The position numbers and the translations under genes are program-made. The notes under the pieces were generated by a model that made no database searches, had not been told where the DNA came from, and saw only the letters and a program-made list of their open reading frames with translations. Below, piece after piece: positions 52,480-64,000 of a stretch of 64,000 nucleotides of DNA. The number at the start of each line of letters is the position of its first letter. Position 1 is the first letter of the stretch. This DNA comes from Eledone cirrhosa (taxonomy: Eukaryota), in NCBI GenBank assembly GCA_964016885.1, contig OZ024756.1:17298001-17362000 (forward strand). The letters are read 5' to 3'.

Positions 52480-55400
52480 CACGGGCTCTGGAAGGCAGGG
52501 GGCGGAATTAAGTACAAGAATAGCAGGAGTTGCTGCAGTAATGCAGTAACTTCAGCATTCCGTCATCAGAAGAAGAGAGATAGATAGGTGTCAAAGCCAA
52601 ACTCTCGTTATCTTCAATTCGGCATTCGTGCCAAGCCGTACCTATAGCCATGAATCTTGGGTAATGACCGAAAGAATACGATCGCGAATAGAAGCGGTAA
52701 CACGGAGATCAAAGAGTCACTCCAGGTAGAGTCTCTACTCCGAATTGGGAGATCACAGCCCCGACATTACGGACACGTGGTTAGAATGTCTCAGGAAAGA
52801 ATCACTGTACAGATCTGTAGTTCGGAGATCAAAGAGTCACTCCAGGTAGAGTCTCTACTCCGAATTGGGAGATCACAGCCCCGACATTACGGACACGTGG
52901 TTAGAATGTCTCAGGAAAGAATCACTGTACAGATCTGTAGTTCGGAGATCAAAGAGTCACTCCAGGTAGAGTCTCTACTCCGAATTGGGAGATCACAGCC
53001 CCGACATTACGGACACGTGGTTAGAATGTCTCAGGAAAGAATCACTGTAAAGATCTGTAGTTCGGAGATCAAAGAGTCACTCCAGGTAGAGTCTCTACTC
53101 CGAATTGGGAGATCACAGCCCCGACATTATGGACACGTGGTTAGAATGTCTCAGGAAAGAATCACTGTAAAGATCTGTAGTTCGGAGATCAAAGAGTCAC
53201 TCCAGGTAGAGTCTCTACTCCGAATTGGGAGATCACAGCCCCGACATTATGGACACGTGGTTAGAATGTCTCAGGAAAGTATCACTGTAAAGATCTGTAG
53301 TTCGGAGATCAAAGAGTCACTCCAGGTAGAGTCTCTACTCCGAATTGGGAGATCACAGCCCCGACATTACGGACACGTGGTTAGAATGTCTCAGGAAAGA
53401 ATCACTGTAAAGATCTGTAGTTCGGAGATCAAAGAGTCACTCCAGGTAGAGTCTCTACTCCGAATTGGGAGATCACAGCCCCGACATTACGGACACGTGG
53501 TTAGAATGTCTCAGGAAAGAATCACTGTAAAGATCTGTAGTTCGGAGATCAAAGAGTCACTCCAGGTAGAGTCTCTACTCCGAATTGGGAGATCACAGCC
53601 CCGACATTACGGACACGTGGTTAGAATGTCTCAGGAAAGAATCACTGTAAAGATCTGTAGTTCGGAGATCAAAGAGTCACTCCAGGTAGAGTCTCTACTC
53701 CGAATTGGGAGATCACAGCCCCGACATTACGGACACGTGGTTAGAATGTCTCAGGAAAGAATCACTGTAAAGATCTGTAGTTCGGAGATCAAAGAGTCAC
53801 TCCAGGTAGAGTCTCTACTCCGAATTGGGAGATCACAGCCCCGACATTACGGACACGTGGTTAGAATGTCTCAGGAAAGAATCACTGTAAAGATCTGTAG
53901 TTCGGAGATCAAAGAGTCACTCCAGGTAGAGTCTCTACTCCGAATTGGGAGATCACAGCCCCGACATTACGGACACGTGGTTAGAATGTCTCAGGAAAGA
54001 ATCACTGTAAAGATCTGTAGTTCGGAGATCAAAGAGTCACTCCAGGTAAAGTCTCTACTCCGAATTGGGAGATCACAGCCCCGACATTACGGACACGTGG
54101 TTAGAATGTCTCAGGAAAGAATCACTGTAAAGATCTGTAGTTCGGAGATCAAAGAGTCACTCCAGGTAGAGTCTCTACTCCGAATTGGGAGATCACAGCC
54201 CCGACATTACGGACACGTGGTTAGAATGTCTCAGGAAAGAATCACTGTAAAGATCTGTAGTTCGGAGATCAAAGAGTCACTCCAGGTAGAGTCTCTACTC
54301 CGAATTGGGAGATCACAGCCCCGACATTACGGACACGTGGTTAGAATGTCTCAGGAAAGAATCACTGTAAAGATCTGTAGTTCGGAGATCAAAGAGTCAC
54401 TCCAGGTAGAGTCTCTACTCCGAATTGGGAGATCACAGCCCCGACATTACGGACACGTGGTTAGAATGTCTCAGGAAAGAATCACTGTAAAGATCTGTAG
54501 TTCGGAGATCAAAGAGTCACTCCAGGTAGAGTCTCTACTCCGAATTGGGAGATCACAGCCCCGACATTACGGACACGTGGTTAGAATGTCTCAGGAAAGA
54601 ATCACTGTAAAGATCTGTAGTTCGGAGATCAAAGAGTCACTCCAGGTAGAGTCTCTACTCCGAATTGGGAGATCACAGCCCCGACATTACGGACACGTGG
54701 TTAGAATGTCTCAGGAAAGAATCACTGTAAAGATCTGTAGTTCGGAGATCAAAGAGTCACTCCAGGTAGAGTCTCTACTCCGAATTGGGAGATCACAGCC
54801 CCGACATTATGGACACGTGGTTAGAATGTCTCAGGAAAGTATCACTGTAAAGATCTGTAGTTCGGAGATCAAAGAGTCACTCCAGGTAGAGTCTCTACTC
54901 CGAATTGGGAGATCACAGCCCCGACATTACGGACACGTGGTTAGAATGTCTCAGGAAAGAATCACTGTAAAGATCTGTAGTTCGGAGATCAAAGAGTCAC
55001 TCCAGGTAGAGTCTCTACTCCGAATTGGGAGATCACAGCCCCGACATTACGGACACGTGGTTAGAATGTCTCAGGAAAGAATCACTGTAAAGATCTGTAG
55101 TTCGGAGATCAAAGAGTCACTCCAGGTAGAGTCTCTACTCCGAATTGGGAGATCACAGCCCCGACATTACGGACACGTGGTTAGAATGTCTCAGGAAAGA
55201 ATCACTGTAAAGATCTGTAGTTCGGAGATCAAAGAGTCACTCCAGGTAGAGTCTCTACTCCGAATTGGGAGATCACAGCCCCGACATTACGGACACGTGG
55301 TTAGAATGTCTCAGGAAAGAATCACTGTAAAGATCTGTAGTTCGGAGATCAAAGAGTCACTCCAGGTAGAGTCTCTACTCCGAATTGGGAGATCACAGCC

Positions 55401-56480
55401 CCGACATTACGGACACGTGGTTAGAATGTCTCAGGAAAGAATCACTGTAAAGATCTGTAGTTCGGAGATCAAAGAGTCACTCCAGGTAGAGTCTCTACTC
55501 CGAATTGGGAGATCACAGCCCCGACATTACGGACACGTGGTTAGAATGTCTCAGGAAAGAATCACTGTAAAGATCTGTAGTTCGGAGATCAAAGAGTCAC
55601 TCCAGGTAGAGTCTCTACTCCGAATTGGGAGATCACAGCCCCGACATTACGGACACGTGGTTAGAATGTCTCAGGAAAGAATCACTGTAAAGATCTGTAG
55701 TTCGGAGATCAAAGAGTCACTCCAGGTAGAGTCTCTACTCCGAATTGGGAGATCACAGCCCCGACATTACGGACACGTGGTTAGAATGTCTCAGGAAAGA
55801 ATCACTGTAAAGATCTGTAGTTCGGAGATCAAAGAGTCACTCCAGGTAGAGTCTCTACTCCGAATTGGGAGATCACAGCCCCGACATTACGGACACGTGG
55901 TTAGAATGTCTCAGGAAAGAATCACTGTAAAGATCTGTAGTTCGGAGATCAAAGAGTCACTCCAGGTAGAGTCTCTACTCCGAATTGGGAGATCACAGCC
56001 CCGACATTACGGACACGTGGTTAGAATGTCTCAGGAAAGAATCACTGTAAAGATCTGTAGTTCGGAGATCAAAGAGTCACTCCAGGTAGAGTCTCTACTC
56101 CGAATTGGGAGATCACAGCCCCGACATTACGGACACGTGGTTAGAATGTCTCAGGAAAGAATCACTGTAAAGATCTGTAGTTCGGAGATCAAAGAGTCAC
56201 TCCAGGTAGAGTCTCTACTCTGAATTGGGAGATCACAGCCCCGACATTACGGACACGTGGTTAGAATGTCTCAGGAAAGAATCACTGTACAGATCTGTAG
56301 TTCGGAGATCAAAGAGTCACTCCAGGTAGAGTCACTACTTCTCCGCATTGAGAGATCACAGCTCCGATAGTAGAGGCATTTGCTTAGAATGTCTCAGGAA
56401 AGAATCGCTGGACAGATTTCACGGGAAAAACTAACCAGCAGGATGACCGGGGGTAGACTCCGAGCAGGATCAATTGGACA
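52480..56480 (+). mobile_element. RTE LINE 3' fragment carrying a 30 x 120-bp tandem amplification
   Basis: Flanks and unit align to the unamplified copy at 62655-63060 (minus strand). Confidence 0.88.
52702..56338. repeat. 120-bp satellite, 30 full near-identical units
   Basis: Exact 120-bp period; encodes SSEIKESLQVESLLRIGRSQPRHYGHVVRMSQERITVKIC in frame. Confidence 0.97.
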
Positions 56481-57043
56481 CGTTGCTTCTGACGGGCACT
56501 GTCCCCCCTCTTTCTTTTCAATGGTTCATCGTCAGATTTCTAAAATAGAATTTATAAAAAAAATAGAAATATGTTCCTTTGCATTGGGACGTCTACATTT
56601 CAAATACAATCATGTATGTGTGTGTATTGTACATGTGTGTGTGTCTGGTTGTCACGATGACGTAGCAGAAGCACCGAATCTAACGATCAACTTTCAACTC
56701 AGCTGACCTCCACGCATCACTTAACACAACATTTAACTGTGTTAAACACTTTTCGCTAGTAAATTAAACCGAAATGTTTGAGACACTGTGTTGTTGTTGA
56801 CAGCGGCGGCGGTGAACACTTCCGGCATTCTCTGTCTCCGAACCACCTCCTTACTACTAACGGGGCGAAGTTCGTCACACGCAAGAGTGTGCCCCGCCAG
56901 TTGGAATAGCTATTTTAACGCGTCTCTCTCACGTCATCCTCCAGGATAACGTTTTCTTTATTGTGTGTGTGTGTTTTTTGTTTGTTTTTTTTTACTGAAA
57001 TTATTTATACTGTTTTCTGCAGCCAGTCATGGCTGCTCTAGCC

Positions 57044-57743
57044 GAGTGGTCGCCAAACTTTCGGACCTCATGGACCACTAAATTCAAAATTTTAAATCCC
57101 GTGGACCACTACTCACCACCATAGGCGCTGAGCTGGCCAGCCGCAGGTGTGAATCCCGCGAGTTGGAGTGGCTTTTCCAGCGCGTCTCCTTTGCCGTCCT
57201 CCGGGGGAACGCCTTCTCTATTCTGTCCGGCGGGGCTGTGGGGGAGACAAGCCGATTATATTACGAATTCTGTTGAATAGTCTTAAATACTTCAATACAT
57301 TGAGATATGAATTAATGGTCAATGGTCGAAACAATACTGAAGTGTACATGTATCATATTGTTGATAGATGATACATATGTGTAAAACTCTTTCATGGATG
57401 TTAGTTCTTTACTTGAGGAGAAACATTTTTTAGGGGTGTCATAAAATATATTTTAATCAATTGGCAGTATTGGTAGAGGGTCGGACGCCATGCTTTGGCG
57501 TATAGAGTTACGGCCCTTGCCATTCTGAGTTCAAATCCCGCCAAGGTTAACTTTGCCTTTCATCCTTACGGGGTCGATAAAATAAAGTACCAGTAATGCA
57601 CTGGATAACTGCTGGCCTTGTGCCTAACGTAGAAACGATTATTTATGTTTTATTATTAATAAAACATAAACATTGCAAATAATGTCCATATTTTTCTGCG
57701 GACCGCCAACATTTTCTCTCGGACCACCTGTTGGCGACCGCTG
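57044..57743 (+). mobile_element. hAT (Charlie-like) non-autonomous element with a nested S1 SINE (57458-57642, +)
   Basis: TIR agtggtcgccaa/ttggcgaccgctg; degenerate 8-bp TSD ctctagcc/gtttagcc. Confidence 0.75.
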
Positions 57744-57984
57744 GTTTAGCCTGAGTTCTCCTGGAAAACCACATATGTATTGTTAGCTTTCTGTGATATT
57801 TGAAAAATCTGGATCGCAAGGTTGAAGAAAAAAAAAAGAGGATATCTCACATTTTCACAGATTACCTCAGGTTATCACAGGTTATCCAATCAATATAAAT
57901 GTGTCAGAGATCAATGAAATGTAACATATTATTGAAATGTTCGACTTATTTCATTGAGTAAACATGAATTTAATGGACATGTAA

Positions 57985-58262
57985 CTGTTACACTGTGTGA
58001 CTAGTGTGTGTGTTACACTGTGTGACTAGTGTATGTGTTACACTAATGTGGGACTAGTATATGTGTTACACTAATGTGTGACTAGTAGATTTGTTACACT
58101 GTGTGGTGGGTATGAGTGTAACACTAATGTGTGACTATGACATGTGTTACACTCGTGTGGCTAGTATATTGTGTTATATTCGTGTGACTAGTATATTGTG
58201 TTACACTCATGTGTGACTAGTATATGTTACTTTAATGTTTGGCTAATATATGTGTTACACTA
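57985..58262. repeat. Degenerate ~26-bp tandem repeat
   Basis: Recurrent gttacact...gtgactagt motif. Confidence 0.7.
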
Positions 58263-58703
58263 CATCAGATGTAGCTCCGATATATTACGTTACCCTAGGG
58301 AATGTCTAGCTTACTATAACACACACACACACACACATACACACATACACACAGACAAACATACAAACACATAGACCTACTCACACACAGACACATACAT
58401 ACACACATTCCCTCACTGGAAAAGCAGGTTGAATCGCCGTTAAATGTCACATTTTATTAAGATAATCTAAAAGAAACATAACTTATAGAATCTGTAAATA
58501 ATCAGCGTCGAAAATATCATCGTTTTGTTTTCTGTTGTTTTTTTTTTCGCCATGTCAGTATGTTTAAATATAGAACAACTTTAGTAATGTCGTTGACATG
58601 GTTTACACCACATTCAACTTAGCTCTGATATCAACCACCGGCACAAACACTCTACAGTGATGACAGCTTGTTTTGCCTGGCTAACTCTTTCCTCTCACTA
58701 GAG

Positions 58704-58781
58704 CAGCGGTTGCCAACTGGTGGTCCGATTTAAAATTATGAATTTAGTGGTCCGTGAGGTCCGAAAGGTTGGCGACCGCTG
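58704..58781 (-). mobile_element. 78-bp hAT MITE with perfect 8-bp TSD
   Basis: cactagag|cagcggttgccaa ... ttggcgaccgctg|cactagag; same family as 57044-57743. Confidence 0.88.
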
Positions 58782-59004
58782 CACTAGAGCAAAGACCGCC
58801 ATGGGGTGGGGTGCTAATAAAAAGAATCTATGTACGTACCTACACACAACACACACAGGTGTTAAAACACCGAAATATTTTTACAATGTACATCATTATT
58901 ATTACTTTTTCTAATGGAAAGTTTGGGGTGGGACACTCATTACCCTTAACGAGGGCTCCTATAATAGTTGACGACTAAATTTAAGGCTTATCTTTCGCCC
59001 CTCA

Positions 59005-59260
59005 AAAAAAAAAAAAAAATAATGGTTTCATTTATTGGCCACAAGGGCCGGCATATAGGGGACAGTGAGGGTTTTACATAAAAATCGAGTAAAAAATAAG
59101 AAAACAATAACAATAAACAAGAAAAGTACAACAATGAAAAATTCCCCAATAGGGGGGGGGGGATAATCACCCAGGGTTATTTCAGGTACCCCACCAACCC
59201 TGACCCACCCGACGCTTCGAGGGCACCTGGGAAGGGCACCCCTCTCCTCCTCAAATTTCT
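59005..59260 (-). mobile_element. Probable LINE 3' UTR
   Basis: ccttgtggccaataaatgaaa end, similar to 62520-62612 (+) which ends in (ATT)n. Confidence 0.45.
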
Positions 59261-59769
59261 TACCTTTCTGTTGAATCATAAACTCAAAGGAAAAATTGTA
59301 CCTTGCAAAATAAAGTGCTTCGATCACAAACTAAGTTGCAACGAATGAATTGAGATGCTTGGTGACAGTGAACAAACAATATCTGTATCCCTTATATATA
59401 TATACATAGATAGATACACACACACATACACGCGCGCGCACTAACACACACACATAAACAAACTTGTGTGTGTATATGTGCCTTGTATTTGGGACAGAAA
59501 GAATTTTGTCTCCAGTTTTTATTGCCGGGTCAAAGGTCACTGCCACTGCTCTTTTCAACGTCAAATAATAACGCCATATATATATATATAGAGAGAGAGA
59601 CACACACAGAGAGAGTAAGAAATGTGTGTGGTGTGTGTGTGTGTTTGGTATACGTCTATCTATCTATCTATCTCTCCAGCAGGGGGCTCAAACATGCGGC
59701 TTGCGAACTACTTTTCTATGGCCCGTGGTAGAACCAATATTTCAGATTCCATTATAACTGGTGAAAATA

Positions 59770-59986
59770 AGGCAGTGAGCTGGTGGAATCGTTAGCACAT
59801 CTGGCGAAATGCTTAGCGGTACTTCTTCCGTTTTTTACGTTCCGAGTTCAAATTCCGCCGATCTCAACTTTGCCTTTCATCCTTTTGGGGTCGATAAATT
59901 AAGTACCAGTTGTGAACTGGGATCGATGTAATCGACGCGACCCTAAAACTTAAATTTCACGCCTTGTGCCTATAGTAGAAGTGATT
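59770..59986 (+). mobile_element. S1-related SINE
   Basis: tRNA-like head, gagttcaaattcc and the central domain. Confidence 0.75.
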
Positions 59987-60338
59987 ATATCTGGTGAAAA
60001 TCATCACCCACCATCACGTTTGGCCCACTGTACCTCTCCTCTCCTTTGCTGCCATCACCTCTGCCGGGACGTTTACATTGGCCCAGCTTTTCTCTCTTGT
60101 TATAAATGTTTCCGCTTGGGCCAAACGTTCCTTTTTCGCTGTAAGATCGAAATCCTACAGCGTTTGGCTCTTTGCTACTGTGGCCGCGAAAGTACTCTTT
60201 TTGTTGATGCTGTTGTTGGTGTTTTGCAGTTTTTCGTTGACTATATTGTTGTTGTTGTCGTTGTTCTTGTTGGTTTTGTTGCTGTTATCACTGTTGCAGT
60301 TGGTTAATTTCGTTGTTGCTTTTGTTGTCATTATTTCT

Positions 60339-60526
60339 GTGGTGGATTGGCAGTATCGGTAGAGGGTCGGACGCCATGCTTTACAGCATAGTTACGTCCC
60401 TTTACGATCTGAGTTCAAATCCCGCCGAGGTTGACTTTGCCTTTCATCCTTACGGGGTCGATAAAATAAAGTACCAGTAATGAACTGGGTATTTGCTGGC
60501 CTTGTGCCTAAAGTAGAAACAATTAT
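60339..60526 (+). mobile_element. SINE S1 with TSD attatttctgt
   Basis: Full copy; duplicated flank at ~60330-60340 and ~60521-60531. Confidence 0.85.
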
Positions 60527-61031
60527 TTCTGTTGTCTGTCTTTTGGTTGTCGCTGTTACTGCTGTGGTTGGTATTGTTTGTTTTTTTATTTTATTTAGGT
60601 TATTGTTCTCACTATTGGCGTTGCTACTGCAGCTGTTCGTGCTGTTTGTGGTGCTGCTGCTGCAGCTGTTCATGCTGTATGTGGTGGTGCTGTTAAATGT
60701 ATTTGTAGTATAAATCAATGTGTTTGCCGCTTCCCGCCTCTCAACGCTTAGGTCGCTGTTACACGACAGCAGACTTAAAGTTGGGAGGCGTGGCTCAGCC
60801 ATTTTTTTTTTTTTTTTGAGAATTTTTTTTAAATACAAAAAGTTCAAATATTTGGACCAAAAGGCCCAAATATTACACAACTCACCCCTTCACAGGGCAA
60901 AGACGGAAGTCTTACGACTCTTTTCAAAGAATGCAACAATTATTATAAATGAAAATAAACAGAAAATTTACCGCTTTTGCGGAGCTCCAAAAATACGTCT
61001 TCACTGTCCGACAGCCAATAATAATAATAAT

Positions 61032-61219
61032 AATTGTTTCTACATTTGGCACAAGGCCAGCAATTACCCAGTGTATTACTGGTACTTTATTTTATCGACC
61101 CCGTAAGGATGAAAGGCAAAGTCAACCTCAGCGGGATTTGAACTCAGATCGTTAAGGGACGTAACTATGCTAGAAAGCATGGCATCCGACCCTCTACCGA
61201 TACTGCCAATCCACCGCCT
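61032..61219 (-). mobile_element. SINE S1, full length, in (TAA)n
   Basis: Matches S1. Confidence 0.85.
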
Positions 61220-61238
61220 ATTAATAATAATAATAATA

Positions 61239-61825
61239 GTTCAGACTCACTATAAAGGCTGGAGACATGATATGATAGGCAGGGTGATTCACTGGCATCT
61301 ATGCAAACCAAACAATTTACCACATTCTGAGAAGTGGTATGAGCATAAGCCAGAGTCGGTGATAGAAAACGATCAGGTGAAGGTGCTGTGGGATTTTAGG
61401 ATACAGACGGACAAGAAACTGGAACACAATAGACCTGACCTGATGGTTTTGGACAAGAAAAAAAGATCGTGCCTGATTGTGGATGTGGCCTGCCCATTCG
61501 ACATGAGAGTGCAAGAGAAGGCGAGGGAGAAAATTAACCGATACCAAGATTTAAAGTGGGAGGTAAAAAGGATTTGGAACTGCCATGAGATCAAAGTGGT
61601 CCCGATTGTCATAGGCGCACTGGGGACTATCTCAAAGAGTTTCCAAGGATGGTTAAAGAAGATTAGTCCAGCCCTGTTTTTTGGAACACTTCAAAAGGCA
61701 TGCTTGCTGAGAACAACAAGAACCCTCCGATACGTCCTGAATATCCGAAGCTGCAGGTAGCGGCTTGATATTCATTTCAACAAACTTTCCAGTTAATTAA
61801 CATCAATGACTGAGACTAAAAGAAC
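61239..61825 (+). mobile_element. Dong/R4-type non-LTR retrotransposon 3' end (restriction-like endonuclease)
   Basis: RHD..IHWHLC, WYEHKP, LWDFRIQTD, NRPDL, IVDVACPFD, EKINRYQDL and VVPIVIGALG; (TAA)n on both sides. Confidence 0.9.
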
Positions 61826-61865
61826 AATAATAATAATAACAATAATAATAATAATAATAATAAGG

Positions 61866-62037
61866 CTTTCTTATATAGGCACAAGGCCAGCAATTTTTGG
61901 GGAGGGGAAAGTCGATTAAATCGACCCCAGTGCGTGACTGGTACTTTATTTTATCGACCCCGTAAGGATGAAAGGCAAAGTTAACCTTGGCGGGATTTGA
62001 ACTCAGAATGGCAAGGGCCGTAACTCTATGCGTCAAA
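61866..62037 (-). mobile_element. SINE S1 variant, 5'-truncated
   Basis: Matches S1. Confidence 0.8.
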
Positions 62038-62052
62038 TCAATAATAATAATA

Positions 62053-62300
62053 TCCCAAATCCCAGGAAACCCGCGTATAGAAGAAATACAAAAGATAGTA
62101 CTAATGGGAACTGCCCATACACTAAGGAAGAATCTGTCAATATAAGTACATCACAAGTCTAAACACCTAAAGATGAACGTGTATGTATGTGTGTTCTTTC
62201 TTGAACATGGCGGACCTTGTTGTCTCTTGAGGTCACTGGTTGTGACTTGATGATAACTCGTATGAACATAAAGCAAGATAAATGAAATAATAATAATAAT
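62053..62300 (+). mobile_element. Second, very short Dong/R4-type 3' end
   Basis: QIPGNPRIEEIQKIVLMGTAHTLRKNLSI-stop, 3' UTR and (AAT)n flanks. Confidence 0.7.
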
Positions 62301-62455
62301 ATATGTAACTCAATCATACTTCAGATTTTACAAAAATGTGACTTCCGATCTATTTGAATCCATTCCTTGGTTAGACAAGGGAATGAAAGGTTGTCGCCGG
62401 ATTCATTCCCAAATTGGTAAATTGTTGTCGGATCATTCCCTTCTTCTTCTTCTTC

Positions 62456-62487
<32 letters not shown>

Positions 62488-62612
62488 TTCTTTGTTATTT
62501 TATTACATCCTCTGTTTTTTGTACACGCAGAAATGCCCATTTGTACCGTCCTGTATTGTCCTGTACTGTCCTTAATGTCTACTTTATGTAAACCCTTGTG
62601 GTTAATAAAGAA

Positions 62613-62654
<42 letters not shown>

Positions 62655-62657
<3 letters not shown>

Positions 62658-63065
62658 TCTGAGAGGATCGTGAGGGCAGAGTCCTCAAAACACTCCCTCC
62701 AGCGTGCCCTGTCAGAAGCAAACGTCCCCAACTGATCCGGCTGGATCCCCAAGCGTGACTAGCCAAGCTCATGGATGTTATCCAACCATCTTGCCCGGGG
62801 TCTACATCTGGGTCTCCTACATGTTGGTTTTGCCCGTAAAATCTGTCCCGTGACTATTTCCTGAAACATTCTAACCACATGTCCATAGCATCGGAACTGT
62901 GATCTTTCAATTCGGAGAAGTAGTGGCTCTACATGGAGTGATTCTCTGATCTCCGAGCTACGGAGGCCCTTCGGGGGAATCCCATTTCTGCCGCATGTAT
63001 TCATAATCTTATTCTTTCGGTCATTACCCAAGATTCATGACCAAAGGTAAGGGTTGGCACGAAAA
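62655..63065 (-). mobile_element. RTE LINE 3' fragment (unamplified relative of the 120-bp satellite)
   Basis: SSEIRESLHVEPLLLRIERSQFRCYGHVVRM and RPRCRPRARWLD. Confidence 0.85.
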
Positions 63066-63397
63066 CCGAATTGAAGGCAAATTGGTAAATTGTCGCCGGA
63101 TTAATTCCCAAATTGGTAAATTGCAAGAGGAGGATAGGAGAACAACGGATGTGAGTTTGCTCACCCTAGAAGATGCACATACAACATGGCTGGGAACCAC
63201 ACAAAACAAAGAATTTCTGTGAAGATCTTCATTTCATGAAATATAATAATTCCTTTTTTAATTTGCATATTTTCTGAAATGTTTCATTCCTGAGATGATC
63301 TAAAGTCCCTTTTAGGGGTTCTCAAAATGGGCGCTACTGCCTCCCCGGGGCGTTGAGAAGGTCCATAGGCGCTGGATGGTTGGTAGATACGATATAA

Positions 63398-63600
63398 TCT
63401 ATATTTCTAAAACAGAGAATGTCTGCCTGTCTGTCTGTCTGACTCCCTAAAACTCGAGAACTACCCAACCGATTGTTTTCAAACTTTACACATGTAATAC
63501 TTGTGGTCCTGTGAGTGTTTTGAGCAAAAATGTTTTCAAATTTTCAATGCCCTAGGGACCGCATTAGGCGATCTTTCTCTATAATTCTTAGTCTTTCTTT
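63398..63600 (+). mobile_element. Helitron-like non-autonomous 5' fragment
   Basis: a|tctatatttctaaaa start, (GTCT)n, then ctcgagaactac...accgatt...aaactttacac. Confidence 0.45.
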
Positions 63601-64000
63601 TTAGATAGATACATAGATATAACGTTGCGCCCTTATAATATCTGTCTGTATGTTTGGCTGTCTGCATTACGACATTATTACGCTATATATGTGTGTATGT
63701 GTGTATATGTATATATAATGTGTGTGTATATATATATATATATATAGTGTGTAACGTTTTTCGAAATATTTACTTCTGCGTTCACAGATTGATTTTTTTA
63801 GTTTCAGAAGATCCCGTTAAGGGTGAAAGCAACGATTCTTTGCTTAAACTTTAATCTGTTATTTTAATATATATATATATATATATAATTATATATTCGT
63901 GTACATATATTTTTGCATACACAATAACAAAATATAAACAAAAGTATTTATTTCACGAGGCTCGATAAAGATAAATATATATCAAATATATAAGAACCCT

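Noticed and set aside
52657-56223. 1188-aa repeat protein as a bona fide gene
   Set aside because: The unit is a piece of RTE RT. The N-terminus is out of frame with the LINE ORF and begins at TTG; no expression evidence.
60085-60200. Hammerhead-like GAAAGTACTC / caaacgttc
   Set aside because: No CUGANGA upstream, and the region reads better as minus-strand coding-like sequence.

Overview
Repeat-dominated, AT-rich animal genomic DNA with no confidently identifiable host gene. The SINE/LINE repertoire and microsatellite load suggest a coleoid cephalopod such as Octopus (inference). The window holds (TA)n/(TACA)n/(CA)n/(GGT)n microsatellites, about ten minisatellite arrays (units 20-120 bp) and around 20 tRNA-derived SINE copies or fragments. 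It also holds decayed RTE, CR1-like and Dong/R4-type LINE fragments, an internally deleted mariner with ~100-bp TIRs, and hAT, Tigger-like and Helitron-like elements. The long ORFs in the track are tandem-repeat artefacts. The most striking signal is not in the ORF track: many short unique-sequence islands between (TA)n tracts carry minimal type-I hammerhead ribozyme motifs (CUGANGA / stem II / GAAA / NUH), often followed by AATAAA. This is the signature of Penelope-like pseudo-LTRs or non-autonomous retrozyme-like elements. Several occur as palindromes, some folded back exactly at ribozyme stem II, and in one the stem II hairpin appears to have been amplified into a ~49-copy 28-bp satellite. 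All folds and alignments were done by eye and coordinates are approximate.
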